Below, one piece after another: positions 1 to 9,402 of a stretch of 39,314 bases of DNA; the stretch's first letter is position 1; each line of letters opens with the position of its first letter. The notes under the pieces are model-generated. The model did no database searches and had not been told where the DNA came from. It was given only the letters and a program-made list of their open reading frames with translations. Source of the DNA: a bacterium (GTDB lineage: Bacteria > Desulfobacterota > Desulfuromonadia > Desulfuromonadales > JAAYDE01). The stretch covers positions 1 through 39,314 of the forward strand of contig JAILGY010000036.1 of assembly GCA_024696325.1 (NCBI GenBank), read 5' to 3'. Made by a program: the position numbers and the translations under genes.

Positions 1-4
1 AAAA

Positions 5-1120
5 ATGTCTTATCTTGGCGAGAACATCCCCAAATTTGGTTTTGGCCTGATGCGGCTTCCCCAGAAAAACGGAAAAATCGATCTGGAACAGACCAGGGAG
101 ATGGTGGATCTGTTTCTGGATGCCGGTTTCACCTACTTCGATACGGCACCTGCCTATGGAGAATCTGAAAAGGCCATCGGCGAAGCGCTGGTCAAACGCC
201 ATCCGCGCGAAAAATTCCAGCTGGCCACCAAGCTGGCAGCCTGGCTGGGCCCCAAGACCGCGGAAGAGGCCAAGGGCTTCTTAAAAGCCTCTCTGGAGCG
301 CACCGGAGCCGGTTATTTCGATTTCTACCTGCTGCACAACCTGGGCGATGAGCGCAGCGCCTCCTTCGATCGTTTCGGCATCTGGGATTTTGTCGCCGAA
401 CAGAAGGAAAAGGGGCTTATCCGCCACTGGGGTTTTTCCCTGCACGACAAGGCGGAGGTGCTGGATGAAATTCTCACCCAACATCCGGAAGCCGAGTTTG
501 TCCAGCTGCAGATCAACTATGCCGACTGGGAAAACTGCCTGATCGAATCCCGCAAGTGCTACGAGGTGGCCCGCAAGCACAAGAAACCCATCGTCATCAT
601 GGAACCGGTCAAGGGAGGAAGCCTTGCCAAGCTGCCGCAAACGCTCATGGACATTTTCCAGGCCGTTGATCCGCAAGCATCTCCCGCCTCATGGGCACTG
701 CGTTTCGCCGCCTCGCTGGAGGGGCTGATCACCGTGCTGGGCGGCGTGTCCTCCGTCGAGCAGATGCGTGAAAATCTTGCGACCATGAAAAATTTCCAGC
801 CACTGAACGAACAGGAACAGGAAGCGATCCGCAAGGTGCGGGAGGCCCTGGCTACCCTGCCGCAGGTGCCCTGCACCGACTGCCGCTACTGCGTGAGCAG
901 CTGCCCGCAGAAAGTCGTCATTCCGCGGATATTTGCCGCGATGAACATCGAACTGATGTACAACCATCATGCCGGAGCCAAAAACTGCTACGGCTGGGAA
1001 ACCCGCAACGGCGGGCGCGCCTCCGAATGCATCGGATGCGGAAAATGCGAAAGCATCTGCCCACAGCATATCCACATTATAGATGAACTGAAGAAGGCCG
1101 CGGCCAAACTGGAAAAATGA
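5..1120 (+). CDS. Aldo/keto reductase fused to a C-terminal 2x[4Fe-4S] ferredoxin-like domain
   Basis: 371-aa ORF. AKR-like N-terminus (GFGLMRLP, DTAPAYGESE, LATK). Two Cys-cluster motifs near the C-terminus (CTDCRYCVSSCP and CIGCGKCESICP). Confidence 0.85.
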   Translation: MSYLGENIPKFGFGLMRLPQKNGKIDLEQTREMVDLFLDAGFTYFDTAPAYGESEKAIGEALVKRHPREKFQLATKLAAWLGPKTAEEAKGFLKASLERTGAGYFDFYLLHNLGDERSASFDRFGIWDFVAEQKEKGLIRHWGFSLHDKAEVLDEILTQHPEAEFVQLQINYADWENCLIESRKCYEVARKHKKPIVIMEPVKGGSLAKLPQTLMDIFQAVDPQASPASWALRFAASLEGLITVLGGVSSVEQMRENLATMKNFQPLNEQEQEAIRKVREALATLPQVPCTDCRYCVSSCPQKVVIPRIFAAMNIELMYNHHAGAKNCYGWETRNGGRASECIGCGKCESICPQHIHIIDELKKAAAKLEK

Positions 1121-1749
1121 CCGGAGGCAAAGAAGAAAGGCCTATGAACAACCAACAGGACGATGACAAAAATCTGATCTGGGAACCGGTCAAGACCGAA
1201 TACCTGGTCCGGGACGCATGGATGGATCTGCGGAAGATGACCTACAGGCTTCCGGACGGCAGGCTGCTGGACACGATTTACACCTACAGCCGCCGCGACT
1301 ACGTCATCATCGTGCCGGAAGACGAGGAGGGAAACTATCTCTGCGTTCGCCAGTTCCGCTACGGCGTCGGCACGGTGACAACGGAATTTCCCGCCGGCTG
1401 CATCGAAGGCGCAGAGGGAGCGCGGTATGTTTCCGATGCAAACCGCGGAATCACGATGGAGAATGCCCTGGCGACGGCCCAACGGGAACTGCAGGAAGAA
1501 ACGGGATATGCCTCGGAAAACTGGAAACATCTGATGACCATCCCCTCCAATGCCACCCTTGCGGACAACTTCGCCTACCTCTTCAGCGCCAGGCAGTGCC
1601 GCCGTTCCGGCGACAGACATCTGGACGATACGGAATTCCTGAACACCGTCAAAGTCTCCCCGGCGGAGTTGGAGGACCTGATACGCCGCGGCCAGTTCCC
1701 GCAGGCCATGCATGTGCTGGCCTGGCTGCTGGCCAAACAACTCTCATAA
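1117..1749 (+). CDS. NUDIX family hydrolase (ADP-ribose pyrophosphatase-like)
   Basis: 210-aa ORF with a Nudix-box core (AQRELQEETGY). The ATG overlaps the upstream stop (ATGA), suggesting translational coupling. An alternative start is at 1144. Confidence 0.8.
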   Translation: MTGGKEERPMNNQQDDDKNLIWEPVKTEYLVRDAWMDLRKMTYRLPDGRLLDTIYTYSRRDYVIIVPEDEEGNYLCVRQFRYGVGTVTTEFPAGCIEGAEGARYVSDANRGITMENALATAQRELQEETGYASENWKHLMTIPSNATLADNFAYLFSARQCRRSGDRHLDDTEFLNTVKVSPAELEDLIRRGQFPQAMHVLAWLLAKQLS

Positions 1750-1774
1750 GAAAAAACATACCCTGGAAAGAGCT

Positions 1775-1810
1775 AAAAAAAGCCGGCGGGCAACAATTCC
1801 CCCCGCCGGC
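1775..1810 (-). terminator. Intrinsic terminator downstream of the FKBP gene, in the convergent gap with the NUDIX gene
   Basis: Perfect 9-bp GC-rich stem GCCGGCGGG (1782-1790) / CCCGCCGGC (1802-1810). A flanking A7 run at 1775-1781 gives a U-run on the minus strand. Confidence 0.6.
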
Positions 1811-1858
1811 CTTGAGGCTTGCATCACGTGCGCAGCACGATACCTTTGCCTTTCGGTT

Positions 1859-2296
1859 TCAGGATTTGACGATTTCCAACAGCTCAATGTCAAAATTGAG
1901 CTCCTGCCCGGCCAGGTAGTGATTGGCATCCAGCACCGCGTAACCTTCCCCTACCGAACGCACGGTGACCTTCACCACTTTCCCCTTCTCGTTGCCCATC
2001 TCAAAGACCGTCCCCAGTTCGGGCAGCTTGTGCCCCGGGAAAGCCTCCGGCTGCGCCTTGAACACCAGAAAATCGCGGTAGGGGCCGTAGGCCTCCTCCA
2101 CCTTCAGATGAACATGTTTCTTCTCGCCAACCTTCATCCCCAGCAAGGCCCGGCTGAAACCTCTAATGATGTCCTGGCTCCCCACCTGAAAGGTCAGCGG
2201 CTCGTCCGCCGTGGTCACATCAAACTCAGAGCCGTCGTTAAGCGTGCCGCGATAACAGACCTTGACCGTATCCCCCACCTTTACTTCTTCCGCCAT
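1859..2296 (-). CDS. FKBP-type peptidyl-prolyl cis-trans isomerase (SlyD/SlpA-like with insert-in-flap domain)
   Basis: 145-aa ORF. FKBP signature (VGDTVKVCYRGTL.DGSEFD, FQVGSQDIIRGFSRALLGMKVGEKK, EEAYG). GAGGAAG RBS upstream of the ATG. Confidence 0.85.
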   Translation of the reverse strand: MAEEVKVGDTVKVCYRGTLNDGSEFDVTTADEPLTFQVGSQDIIRGFSRALLGMKVGEKKHVHLKVEEAYGPYRDFLVFKAQPEAFPGHKLPELGTVFEMGNEKGKVVKVTVRSVGEGYAVLDANHYLAGQELNFDIELLEIVKS

Positions 2297-2364
2297 AGTC
2301 TTTCTTCCTCATCTTGAACGTACGCCATGGGAAATATTCCCGAAAACATGCAAAAAATCCAAAA

Positions 2365-2808
2365 TTACCATCTGGAAACGCGGTAACGCCCCGCCCCGGT
2401 GAAAAACAGCGCAAGGAAAATCACCGTCATTTCCAAAGCATGAGACGCCGCCGTCCAGTTCAGGCTGGCCATTCCCGCCGCCGGATTCAGCTGCTGGAAC
2501 GCAAAGAGACCCGCTATCACGGCCAGCAACAGGGTCACCGGCCTGAACAGCGCCCCCAAAATCAGCAGCAGGGCGCCAAAAAAGACGATAACGACTATCG
2601 CCACACCCGGAAAAAGCGGCGGAATATTCACCCCAAACAGCTCCACCATCCCTTTTCCGATTTTTTCCCACACTTCCGGACCGCCAACCAGATTGTCATA
2701 ACCGTGGTGAAGCATGATCACGCTCACGCCAATGCCGACGCGCAGCAACAGCAAACCCAAATCACGGCAGAACTCCCCGAATGCCAGATTCTTCAAACTC
2801 TTGAACAT
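2365..2808 (-). CDS. DoxX family membrane protein
   Basis: 147-aa hydrophobic ORF with about 4 predicted TM segments and a DoxX-like N-terminus (LLLLRVGIGVSVIMLHHGYDNL). AGGAG RBS. Confidence 0.75.
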   Translation of the reverse strand: MFKSLKNLAFGEFCRDLGLLLLRVGIGVSVIMLHHGYDNLVGGPEVWEKIGKGMVELFGVNIPPLFPGVAIVVIVFFGALLLILGALFRPVTLLLAVIAGLFAFQQLNPAAGMASLNWTAASHALEMTVIFLALFFTGAGRYRVSRW

Positions 2809-3032
2809 GGCCTTTCTCCTTTTTTGTAATGGTTGTCCTCATCCTCTGATGTTGTCATTCCACGATACATGGCTGCCCACAGGCAGGCGGCAAAATTCCG
2901 GCAATTCCATCGGAAACATCTTTTTCAAGACCATCGCCAGCCAGAAGTTTTCATTTTTAAAAATACCGGCGACAAAAGCAATGGGCAAAAGCCCTTTCCG
3001 GATTTCGCAAAGCATTTTTTCCAAAAGAAAAC

Positions 3033-3068
3033 AAAAAAAGGTGCCCAAGATCTTCTCCCGGGCACCTT
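3033..3068 (-). terminator. Intrinsic terminator after tRNA-Gln
   Basis: 9-bp stem AAGGTGCCC (3038-3046) / GGGCACCTT (3060-3068). An A7 run at 3033-3039 gives a U-run on the minus strand. Confidence 0.65.
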
Positions 3069-3079
3069 CTCGATTTTTC

Positions 3080-3153
3080 TGGCTGGGGAACGAGGATTCG
3101 AACCTCGGTAGACGGAGTCAGAGTCCGTAGTCCTGCCGCTAGACGATTCCCCA
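3080..3153 (-). tRNA. tRNA-Gln (anticodon CUG)
   Basis: Minus-strand cloverleaf. Acceptor stem TGGGGAA/TTCCCCA, anticodon stem ACGGA/TCCGT with loop CTCTGAC, T-arm CGAGG-TTCGAAT-CCTCG, and an encoded CCA end. Confidence 0.9.
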
Positions 3154-3165
3154 AAAGCGAAAGGA

Positions 3166-3194
3166 ACACTATCAGAAATGCATGAATCTGTCAA
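3166..3194 (-). promoter_or_regulatory. Sigma70-type promoter for tRNA-Gln
   Basis: Minus strand reads TTGACA (3194-3189), a 17-nt spacer, then TAGTGT (3171-3166). The -10 lies 12 nt upstream of the mature tRNA 5' end. Confidence 0.5.
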
Positions 3195-3203
3195 TCACCA
3201 TTT

Positions 3204-3917
3204 TCAGGCAACTCCCCCCAAATAGGCGTTCTGAACATTGGGATCGGCCAACAGCTTTTCGGCGGAATTTTCAAGCACCACTCGCCCCACTTCAAAGACA
3301 TAACCGCGATGCGCCAGTTTCAGGGCGGCCCGGGCATTCTGCTCCACCAGAACGATCGTCATGCCCAACTCGTTGATATGCTGAATCGTGCGGAAAATCG
3401 TTTTGACCAGAATCGGCGCCAGTCCCAGGCTTGGTTCGTCCAGCAGCAGAATCTTCGGACCGGCCATCAGGGCACGCCCAATGGCCAGCATCTGCTGCTC
3501 TCCGCCGGACAGCGTACCGGCCAGTTGGTCACGGCGCTGTTTCAATACGGGAAAGAGCTCGTAGATCCGCGCTTCGGTCTGTTCGACCTGTTCCTGATTG
3601 CGGTTGGAAAAAGCGCCCAGCCGCAGATTTTCCGCCACGGTCAGCGTGCCAAACACCCGCCGTCCTTCCGGCACCTGCGCCACGCCCCGGTTGACTATCT
3701 CATGCGCGGGTGCTTCGTGCAGCGGAAAGTCATCCAGAAAGATTCGTCCGGCACTCGGCTTCACCAGACCGCTTATCGCCATCAGGGTCGTGGATTTGCC
3801 CGCTCCGTTGGCTCCGAGAATCGCCACAATTTCACCCTCGCGGATGGTGAGATTGATCCCGTGCAGAACTTCCACCTGGCCATATTTGACACGTAAATCT
3901 TCAACCTTGAGAATCAT
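3204..3917 (-). CDS. livF: Branched-chain amino acid ABC transporter, ATP-binding protein LivF
   Basis: 237 aa. Walker A (GANGAGKST), ABC signature (LSGGEQQML), Walker B (LLLDEPS). Last gene of a liv-type operon. Confidence 0.9.
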   Translation of the reverse strand: MILKVEDLRVKYGQVEVLHGINLTIREGEIVAILGANGAGKSTTLMAISGLVKPSAGRIFLDDFPLHEAPAHEIVNRGVAQVPEGRRVFGTLTVAENLRLGAFSNRNQEQVEQTEARIYELFPVLKQRRDQLAGTLSGGEQQMLAIGRALMAGPKILLLDEPSLGLAPILVKTIFRTIQHINELGMTIVLVEQNARAALKLAHRGYVFEVGRVVLENSAEKLLADPNVQNAYLGGVA

Positions 3918-3975
3918 GTCCCCTTATCCAAAAACTAGAGATGAGAAATATCCGTTACGCGGATTTTGCACGATG

Positions 3976-4737
3976 TCAATCGACACCCAGATAGGCTTCG
4001 ATCACCTTGGGATTGTTCTGAATCTCCTCGGGAGGGCCTTCCGCGATCTTGCGTCCGTATTCCAGAACCACCAGATGCTCGCAGGCCTGCATAACCAGAT
4101 TCATGTCGTGCTCGATGAGAATGATAGTCAGGCCCCGGGACTGAAGCTTCTTGATCAGCGCCATCAGCTCTTCCGTTTCCTGCTCGTTCATGCCTCCGGC
4201 CGGCTCGTCCAGAATCAGCAGCCGCGGTTCGCTTGCCAGCGCGCGGGCGATTTCCAGCAGGCGCTGATTGCCGTATGACAGGCTGCTGGCCCGCTGGGCA
4301 GCATGTTCCCGCAGCCCCACAAATTCCAGCTCACGAAGCGCAAATTTCAGGGCTTCACGTTCCTCCTTGCGTTCCGACGGCAAATGCAGCATGGAGGCCA
4401 GCAGCCCCGCCTTCATGCGGCAATGTCTTCCCGCCAGTACATTCTCCAGAACCGACATATTCTGAAACAGCCGGATGGTCTGGAAGGTCCGCGCAATTCC
4501 CAAATAGACGATCTCGTGTGGGGAAAGCCGGCTGAGCAGCTGCCCGTCAAACACTATCTCGCCCCGATCACAGCGGTAATTGCCGGTAATCAGGTTGAAA
4601 ACCGTGGTTTTGCCAGCGCCGTTGGGACCAATAAGGCCCACGACACTGCCACGCCGCACATCAAAAGAAACATTGTCCACCGCGGTCAGACCGCCAAAGA
4701 CCTTGGTCACTCCGCAAATTTCCAGCAGATTGCTCAT
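3976..4737 (-). CDS. livG: Branched-chain amino acid ABC transporter, ATP-binding protein LivG
   Basis: 253 aa. Walker A (GPNGAGKTT), signature [12 protein letters not shown], Walker [10 protein letters not shown]. LivG-type C-terminus. Confidence 0.9.
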   Translation of the reverse strand: MSNLLEICGVTKVFGGLTAVDNVSFDVRRGSVVGLIGPNGAGKTTVFNLITGNYRCDRGEIVFDGQLLSRLSPHEIVYLGIARTFQTIRLFQNMSVLENVLAGRHCRMKAGLLASMLHLPSERKEEREALKFALRELEFVGLREHAAQRASSLSYGNQRLLEIARALASEPRLLILDEPAGGMNEQETEELMALIKKLQSRGLTIILIEHDMNLVMQACEHLVVLEYGRKIAEGPPEEIQNNPKVIEAYLGVD

Positions 4738-5687
4738 GAGACATTCCTGTCAATATCCTTGAAGACCCGTGGCCGGGGCGGCAAAATGCCTTCCGTCCGA
4801 AAGACCATCATGATCATCATGGCCAACCCGAAAAACCACATCCGCGCCTGGGAAAAAGCCTTGAATTCCCGGAACAGCTCCGGCAGCCCCACGATCAGGA
4901 AAGCGCCCAGAATCACCCCGGCAATATTCCCCGAACCGCCCAGAATCACGATGATGAAGATAACCACCGATTCCCAGAAGTTGAACGATTCCGGAGAGAT
5001 AATGCTCATCTTCGAGGCATAGAGGCAGCCGGCCATGCCCGCCCAGGCAGCGCCCAGCATAAAGGCCAGCAGCTGGTAGCGCGCCGTGTCGATGCCGCTT
5101 CCCTCCGCCGCCACATGATCCTCGCGCAAATAATCCAGCGCCCGGCCAAAACGGGAGTTCTTCAAACTGCTGAACAGCAGTACCGTCAAGGCCACAAAGC
5201 CCCAGATCAGGAAGAAAAATTCATGCGGCTTGGCAATCTTGAAACCAAAGATGACCGGACGCGCGATGCCAAAAATGCCGTTGGGACCACCGGTTACGCC
5301 AAAAACATTGTTGATGAGCGCAATCCGGACAATTTCGCCCACGCCCACGGTGACAATCAGCAAATAGTCTCCGCGCAGATGGATGACCGGACGCGCCAGC
5401 ACCAGTCCGACCAGGCCCGCCAGTATGCCGCTGATCGGCAGGGTCCAGAGAATGCCGATTCCCAGCTGGGTGTTGAGGAAGGCGGCGGTATAGGCACCCA
5501 CGGCGTAAAACGCCGCATGCCCCATGTTGTACATGCCGGCATCGCCCAGAATGATGTTCAAACTCAGCGCCAGCAGCGCATACAGACCGATATTGTTGAA
5601 AACATCCACCTGATAGGGATTCAGGCAGAAAGGCACCGCGGCCATCGCCGCGACAAAGGCGATTATGCCCCACATCCTGCGATTCAT
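4734..5687 (-). CDS. livM: Branched-chain amino acid ABC transporter permease LivM
   Basis: 317-aa polytopic membrane ORF. Its ends overlap livH and livG by 4 nt each. LivM-like motifs ([14 protein letters not shown]). Confidence 0.9.
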   Translation of the reverse strand: MNRRMWGIIAFVAAMAAVPFCLNPYQVDVFNNIGLYALLALSLNIILGDAGMYNMGHAAFYAVGAYTAAFLNTQLGIGILWTLPISGILAGLVGLVLARPVIHLRGDYLLIVTVGVGEIVRIALINNVFGVTGGPNGIFGIARPVIFGFKIAKPHEFFFLIWGFVALTVLLFSSLKNSRFGRALDYLREDHVAAEGSGIDTARYQLLAFMLGAAWAGMAGCLYASKMSIISPESFNFWESVVIFIIVILGGSGNIAGVILGAFLIVGLPELFREFKAFSQARMWFFGLAMMIMMVFRTEGILPPRPRVFKDIDRNVS

Positions 5688-6589
5688 ATCTTGTCCGCTA
5701 CCCTTTCACCCAAAAGTCCCTTGGGGCGCGCAATGAGAATCACGATAAGCACCAGAAACGCAATGGCGTCCTTCCAGGCGACCGACACATAGGCCGCGCC
5801 CAGAGCCTCGATCACGCCCAGAATCAGCCCTCCCAGCATGGCACCGGGGATGTTGCCGATTCCGCCGAGAATCGCCGCGGTAAACGCCTTCAAACCGTAG
5901 ATCCAGCCCATCGTGAAGTTGACCTGCCCGTAGTAGAGGCCCACCAGCAGCCCGGCCACTCCGCCCAGACCCGGGCCGATGAGAAACACGATCATTATCA
6001 CCTGATCCACGTTGATGCCCATCAGACGGGCGGCATCCTGATCGATGGCCACCGCACGGATGGCGGTTCCCAGCCGGGTTTTCTGGATAAACGCGAACAG
6101 CGCCGCCATCAGCAGCAACGACACCACAAACACCAGGATCCGCACCAGAGGAACCTGAAGGCCGAATATGTTCACCGCAACCGCCGGCAAAATGCCCTTG
6201 GGATAGACACGGATCTTGGAACCATAGATCAGCATGAGGGTATTCTGGATGAAGATCGATGCACCCAGCGCCGACACCACCGCGGAAAGCCGGGGCGACT
6301 GACGCAGCGGCCGGTAGGCGGCCCGTTCCAGCAGGGCACCCGCCAGAGCGACCAGACCCGTCACAAAAACCACCAGCAGCGCCAGCCCAGCCAACGGTCC
6401 CAGACGATTGTTCAGCCCCAGGGAAGTCAGCAGCGTCAGCCCCAGATAGGCGCCCAGCGCGAAGAGATCACCGTGGGCAAAGTTGATCAGCTTGAGTACC
6501 CCATAGACCATGGTGTAGCCCAGAGCAATAAGGGCATAGATGCCACCCACCGCCAGACCATTGGTCAACTGTTGAAAAAATTCTTCCAT
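5684..6589 (-). CDS. livH: Branched-chain amino acid ABC transporter permease LivH
   Basis: Polytopic membrane ORF with a LivH-like N-terminus (MEEFFQQLTNGLAVGGIYALIALGYTMVYG). The track ORF begins at a TTG at 6604; the ATG at 6589 matches typical LivH starts better. Confidence 0.88.
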   Translation of the reverse strand: MEEFFQQLTNGLAVGGIYALIALGYTMVYGVLKLINFAHGDLFALGAYLGLTLLTSLGLNNRLGPLAGLALLVVFVTGLVALAGALLERAAYRPLRQSPRLSAVVSALGASIFIQNTLMLIYGSKIRVYPKGILPAVAVNIFGLQVPLVRILVFVVSLLLMAALFAFIQKTRLGTAIRAVAIDQDAARLMGINVDQVIMIVFLIGPGLGGVAGLLVGLYYGQVNFTMGWIYGLKAFTAAILGGIGNIPGAMLGGLILGVIEALGAAYVSVAWKDAIAFLVLIVILIARPKGLLGERVADKI

Positions 6590-6704
6590 TGAGGGTTCTT
6601 TCAAAAGGCATAAAGCAGGCGGCCCACAGTTGTACGCGAACCGCCTTCACAAGAATTCTTCATGGAAAGAAAAGGTCAAAGACCTTCATGACCACGAAAA
6701 AAGA

Positions 6705-7841
6705 TTACTGCTCCTGCAGAACAAAAGCGCCATCTTTGTTAACCCGGTAGACCCGGTAGACATCGCCGACACGATCACCCTTGGTATTGAAACCGATTTC
6801 ACCGGTCAGGCCAGAGGTCTTGTGCTCGCTCTTGTGAAGATACTGCGCCATTTTGTTCACATCGGTAGAACCAGTTGCCTTGATGGCATCGGTGATGCTC
6901 AGGAAGGCATCGCCCGCCAGTACCGCCCAGATCGAGCCCGGTTGAGTTCCCTCATATTTCTCGCTGTAATTTTTGAGAAAGGCGCGCGTCTTTTCGTAGG
7001 GCAGATCGTTGGGAATAGGAGGGCTGATGAAGTAGTAGCCTTCCGCCGTCTCTCCGGCAATCTTGACCAGATCGGGATTGTTGGTGGCATCGCCGCCAAT
7101 AACGGGGATAGTCCAGTTGATCTCTTTTTTCTGACGCAGAATCAAACCAAGTTCCGGATAGTAACCGGTAAAAAATATCAATTCGGGGCCGGCGCTCTTC
7201 ATCTTGGTGAGGATGGCGCTAAAATCACGTTCACCCGGAGTCAGCGCATCAAAGAAAACCACCTCGACGCCCCCCTTCTTCAAATGAGGCAGGCTCGCAT
7301 CGGCCAATCCCTTGGCATAGCTGGTATTGTCATGAAGAATCGCCACTTTTTTGACCCCCGTTTTCAAGATGGTCTGGGCGGCTACCCGTCCCTGATCATC
7401 GTCACGCGGGCAAGTGCGGAAAAAGTACTTCAAATTTTTCTCGCTCAAACGGATGGAAGTGGATCCGGTGGCTATCTGGAGAATGGAAGCCTCGTCATAA
7501 ATGCTCTGGGAAGCTTCCGTCACCGAGGAACCGTAGGTGCCCACCACCGCAACGATTCCCTGGGTTGCCAGCCGCTGCGCCGCAAGAGAGGCCGTGCGCG
7601 GATCGCCGCCGTCATCTTCCAGCACCACTTCAATCTTGCGGCCCAGCAGACCGCCTTTCGCATTCAGCTCCTCCGCCAGCAAGTTGACGATATTTTTCAT
7701 CTCCTCGCCCTCGCTGGCCCATGCTCCGGTTACCGGCGCCATCAAACCAATCCGGATAGGCTCGGCCGCCCAGGCCGTACCCATTCCCAAGACTGCGCAC
7801 ATCAACGCGCATCCCCATGCCATCATCCGCTTCATACCCAT
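6705..7841 (-). CDS. livJ: Branched-chain amino acid ABC transporter substrate-binding protein (LivJ/LivK family)
   Basis: 378 aa. Signal peptide (MMAWGCALMCAVLGMGTAWA). Type I periplasmic binding fold motifs (IRIGLMAPVTGAWA, VVGTYGSS). First gene of the liv operon. Confidence 0.9.
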   Translation of the reverse strand: MGMKRMMAWGCALMCAVLGMGTAWAAEPIRIGLMAPVTGAWASEGEEMKNIVNLLAEELNAKGGLLGRKIEVVLEDDGGDPRTASLAAQRLATQGIVAVVGTYGSSVTEASQSIYDEASILQIATGSTSIRLSEKNLKYFFRTCPRDDDQGRVAAQTILKTGVKKVAILHDNTSYAKGLADASLPHLKKGGVEVVFFDALTPGERDFSAILTKMKSAGPELIFFTGYYPELGLILRQKKEINWTIPVIGGDATNNPDLVKIAGETAEGYYFISPPIPNDLPYEKTRAFLKNYSEKYEGTQPGSIWAVLAGDAFLSITDAIKATGSTDVNKMAQYLHKSEHKTSGLTGEIGFNTKGDRVGDVYRVYRVNKDGAFVLQEQ

Positions 7842-7956
7842 GTTTCATCCTTTCCCTGTGGACAAATGCTTTCCTAAAGAAATGACAACGGCCTCTCCCC
7901 CTCATGTACAAAGAGGAGAACGGCACATTTCCCGGCGACTTTCACCGGAGTGGATA

Positions 7957-7985
7957 ACCATAAAAAGATCGCGGTTATATGTCAA
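7957..7985 (-). promoter_or_regulatory. Candidate sigma70 promoter of the liv operon
   Basis: Minus strand reads TTGACA (7985-7980), a 17-nt spacer, then TATGGT (7962-7957). This would leave a 5' UTR of about 110 nt. Confidence 0.35.
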
Positions 7986-8034
7986 GAAAAGGGTTCCCCC
8001 TTTATCCCCTTTTGGCATGCAGAACCTTTTTCTT

Positions 8035-9201
8035 CTACAGGCCAAAAATCCGCGCGGCATCCGCCATGTTCGCCGTCACCGCCACCTTGAAAGGACAGCG
8101 CCGTTCGCAGTGGCCGCAACTGGTACAGTCCGAACCGTGGCGCGCAAGGCTGCGGTAATGCTGGCGAACGCTTTCCGGGACCTGTTTCTCGTCGAGCCTT
8201 GCGATATCCAGATACCTGGTAACCGCGGCGACATCTATTCCCTGTGGACAGGGTTGGCAGTGGTTGCAGTAGACACAGGAGCCGGCAAAACCGTCCTGCC
8301 CATCCGTCTTGAAGGCGCCTATCGCCCGGGAGTAGTCCTTGGCCGGATCGTCATCTCCGGTTTCGGCGTAAGCCGCGGCAAGTTTCACCTCTTCCGCGGA
8401 GCGGCAGCCCACCAGAACGCTGGCTACCGCCGGACGGGCCAGCGCGTAGTGCATGCACTGGTGGACGGTCAGCGGCCGGGCGAACGGTGTCTGCTCTGCG
8501 GAAAGCAATTTCCCCGCGCCCAGAGTCTTCATCACGGTCAGCCCCACGCCACGGCTTTCACAGAGTCGGTAAAAGGCGGCACGCTCCGGATCCGCCCGCG
8601 TCATCTTGCCCGAAAGCGGTTCATCGCTCATGATGGCCACGATATCGCTTTCTCCGGGCATCATGTCGAAGGCGGGATTGATGCTGAACATCATCATGTC
8701 AACCAATCCCTCCTCGACCAGACGGCGCGCGGTCACAGGGTTGTGGGTGCTGGCGCCAATGGCGCGAACGGCACCCTTTTTCTTCAGCTCCTGGGCATAG
8801 GCAACGATGCCGTTGTTCAACGCGGCGTCGATATCCTCGTTCGAATCCATGAAGAAAAGCATCCCGCAGTCGATATAGTCGGTTTTGAGACAACGCATGA
8901 GCGTTTCGAAATATTCCCGGCAAACTTTCGGATCGCGGCTCATATCGTACTGTTCGCGCAGATCCACCGAGCCGATATGCCCCTGAATCAGCACCTTGTC
9001 GCGGTTGCCGCTCAACGCCCGGCCGATATTTTCACGCACCGCACGACCGGGCATGAAGATGTCCAGAATGTTGATGCCGCGATCCAGCGCCGCATGAATG
9101 ACCGGCTCCACCTCGTCAAAGGGCCGGTTGTCCAGATATTCACAGCCCAGTCCCACAACGCTGGCTGTCAGGCCGGTTTTTCCCAAAGACCGGTATTGCA
9201 T
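8035..9201 (-). CDS. Aldo/keto reductase fused to a C-terminal 4Fe-4S dicluster domain (paralog of the gene at 5-1120)
   Basis: 388 aa. AKR N-terminus (MQYRSLGKTGLTASVVGLGC). C-terminal CVYCNHCQPCP and CTSCGHCERRCP motifs. AGGAG RBS. Confidence 0.85.
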   Translation of the reverse strand: MQYRSLGKTGLTASVVGLGCEYLDNRPFDEVEPVIHAALDRGINILDIFMPGRAVRENIGRALSGNRDKVLIQGHIGSVDLREQYDMSRDPKVCREYFETLMRCLKTDYIDCGMLFFMDSNEDIDAALNNGIVAYAQELKKKGAVRAIGASTHNPVTARRLVEEGLVDMMMFSINPAFDMMPGESDIVAIMSDEPLSGKMTRADPERAAFYRLCESRGVGLTVMKTLGAGKLLSAEQTPFARPLTVHQCMHYALARPAVASVLVGCRSAEEVKLAAAYAETGDDDPAKDYSRAIGAFKTDGQDGFAGSCVYCNHCQPCPQGIDVAAVTRYLDIARLDEKQVPESVRQHYRSLARHGSDCTSCGHCERRCPFKVAVTANMADAARIFGL

Positions 9202-9402
9202 GTTTCCTCTCCTTTGTTTTCTTTAAAACTTGTCCCTTGAAGACTTTGGCAAGCTCTGCGTTCCATCCCGTCATCCCCATCCGACAAAACGCATCTCCTT
9301 GCATTGGACACATTGAGAATTCGTGACATTTTTTTGGAAAAAAGGTACTGAATACAGACGTGCCACTGTTTTCATTTTATATGTTCATCTTTTGGAAAGG
9401 AA

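Noticed and set aside
988-1740. 250-aa minus-strand ORF
   Set aside because: It is antisense to the NUDIX gene and the end of the AKR gene, with no signatures.
2839-3048. 69-aa minus-strand ORF between the tRNA-Gln terminator and doxX
   Set aside because: Its start lies inside the terminator hairpin. The internal ATG at 3015 has no SD. No family signature. More likely this is the doxX promoter and leader region.
6630-9240. Long plus-strand ORFs (6630-7877, 415 aa; 7537-9240, 567 aa)
   Set aside because: They are antisense to livJ and the AKR-ferredoxin gene. The sequence is Arg/Gly/Ala/Pro/His-rich and low-complexity with no domain signatures. These are open antisense frames typical of GC-rich DNA.
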